Below are positions 26,073-26,780 of a stretch of 26,780 nucleotides of DNA, in pieces. The notes beneath the pieces were generated by a model. It saw only the letters and a program-made list of their open reading frames with translations, was not told the DNA's origin and did no database searches. The stretch is from the IMG/VR virus record IMGVR_UViG_3300046779_000422, positions 1 to 26,780 of that record. One strand, given 5' to 3'. The DNA comes from a virus. Lineage: Duplodnaviria > Caudoviricetes. Within the stretch, counting starts at the first letter, position 1; each line of letters opens with the position of its first letter. Made by a program: the position numbers and the translations under genes.

Positions 26073-26355
26073 TTGGTTGTTTTGCCTTTTCAAGCATAGT
26101 TTTCAATACTTCCTCTGTTGTTGTATTAACTGCGGCACAATACAGAGAAAAGCGGATACCGAGAGTTGCCATATCAATCGCAGCTTTCTTATTGATGTCA
26201 AAGGTAATAATACAACTACCGTCTTCTTGATCTTGAATATCAGTTACATCCAAGTAGTTTACCTCACTGTTATGCTTAGTCGTAGCAGCGCACCCATCCC
26301 CTGAAGGATAATTAATAGGTTCACGACAAGAAGGGCAAAGTTTAACTTCAGTCAT
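26065..26355 (-). CDS. Hypothetical protein with N-terminal CxxC
   Basis: SD AAGGAG before ATG 26355; alternative GTG at 26388. Confidence 0.7.
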   Translation of the reverse strand: MTEVKLCPSCREPINYPSGDGCAATTKHNSEVNYLDVTDIQDQEDGSCIITFDINKKAAIDMATLGIRFSLYCAAVNTTTEEVLKTMLEKAKQPNE

Positions 26356-26419
26356 AGTTTCTCCTTCGCCGCATTCACCCGCGCCCACTGATCCTTTCTT
26401 TCAACTAGATCAAGTGATG

Positions 26420-26539
26420 TCACATAAAGTCCTTCCACATACCAATTACAGCAGAAACCACTAGCGCCCACCAGAAGACTACAATAGGGACGAGGAATAG
26501 CAGAAGCACGGAAACAAAAACGATTTGTGGTGTGGTCAT
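26420..26539 (-). CDS. Small hydrophobic membrane protein, 39 aa (MTTPQIVFVSVLLLFLVPIVVFWWALVVSAVIGMWKDFM)
   Basis: Read by hand; ATGA overlap with upstream gene. Confidence 0.65.
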   Translation of the reverse strand: MTTPQIVFVSVLLLFLVPIVVFWWALVVSAVIGMWKDFM

Positions 26540-26780
26540 TGGTTGGTTTCTTTCTCATTCTGGATGAGGGCGAGGATGGCGGTGTAGGCGTTTCCAACGC
26601 CGATGTTCACATCAGGGCTTCCGTATTCCGGCAACTGTTCAAGTGCCTTCAGCGCTTCCCGCAGCGCCGCCTCACGGATCGCTTCAGCTTCGCTGATACT
26701 TACCTGCTTCGCGGGGGCGGGATCGGGCGGAAGCGGGTTGGCTTCCATGAAGGCGTCCAGCATATCAGGGTCCACCATCA
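26536..26780 (-). CDS. Hypothetical protein, C-terminal part (probably truncated by window edge)
   Basis: Open frame to the edge; GC-rich; AIREAALREA...AILALI pattern of small accessory phage proteins. Confidence 0.65.
   Translation of the reverse strand, partial: MVDPDMLDAFMEANPLPPDPAPAKQVSISEAEAIREAALREALKALEQLPEYGSPDVNIGVGNAYTAILALIQNEKETNQ

Noticed and set aside
26352-26597. Tracked 81-aa minus ORF
   Set aside because: Overlaps better-supported ORFs at 26420-26539 and 26536-26780.
1-26780. Stop-codon reassignment, CRISPR array, reverse transcriptase/DGR, integrase
   Set aside because: Genes read normally in the standard code. No repeat-spacer array, RT motifs or recombinase motifs were seen.

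Overview
Part of a lytic tailed dsDNA phage genome with two convergent arms that meet at a terminator near 11.6 kb. The + arm (1-11588) holds a siphovirus-type morphogenesis module (capsid C-terminus, connectors, tail tube, frameshifted tail assembly chaperone, tape measure, distal tail and hub proteins, fibre and chaperone) and a lysis cassette (SAR endolysin, unimolecular spanin, holin-like). The - arm (11707-26780) is a T7/SIO1-like replication and nucleotide module: primase-helicase, PolA, SSB, tRNA-Leu, ThyX, exonuclease, endonuclease I, metallophosphoesterase, adenine MTase, MazG-like, GIY-YIG, class II RNR, glutaredoxin, PhoH. The most striking locus is the family A DNA polymerase. It is split into separate exonuclease and polymerase genes by an inserted C5-cytosine methyltransferase, which itself appears heterodimeric, with motif IX on an overprinted second-frame ORF. 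By-eye scanning also found no GTAC and no CCWGG in the window. Protein calls rest on motif recognition and synteny, not database searches. An alphaproteobacterial host is an inference.
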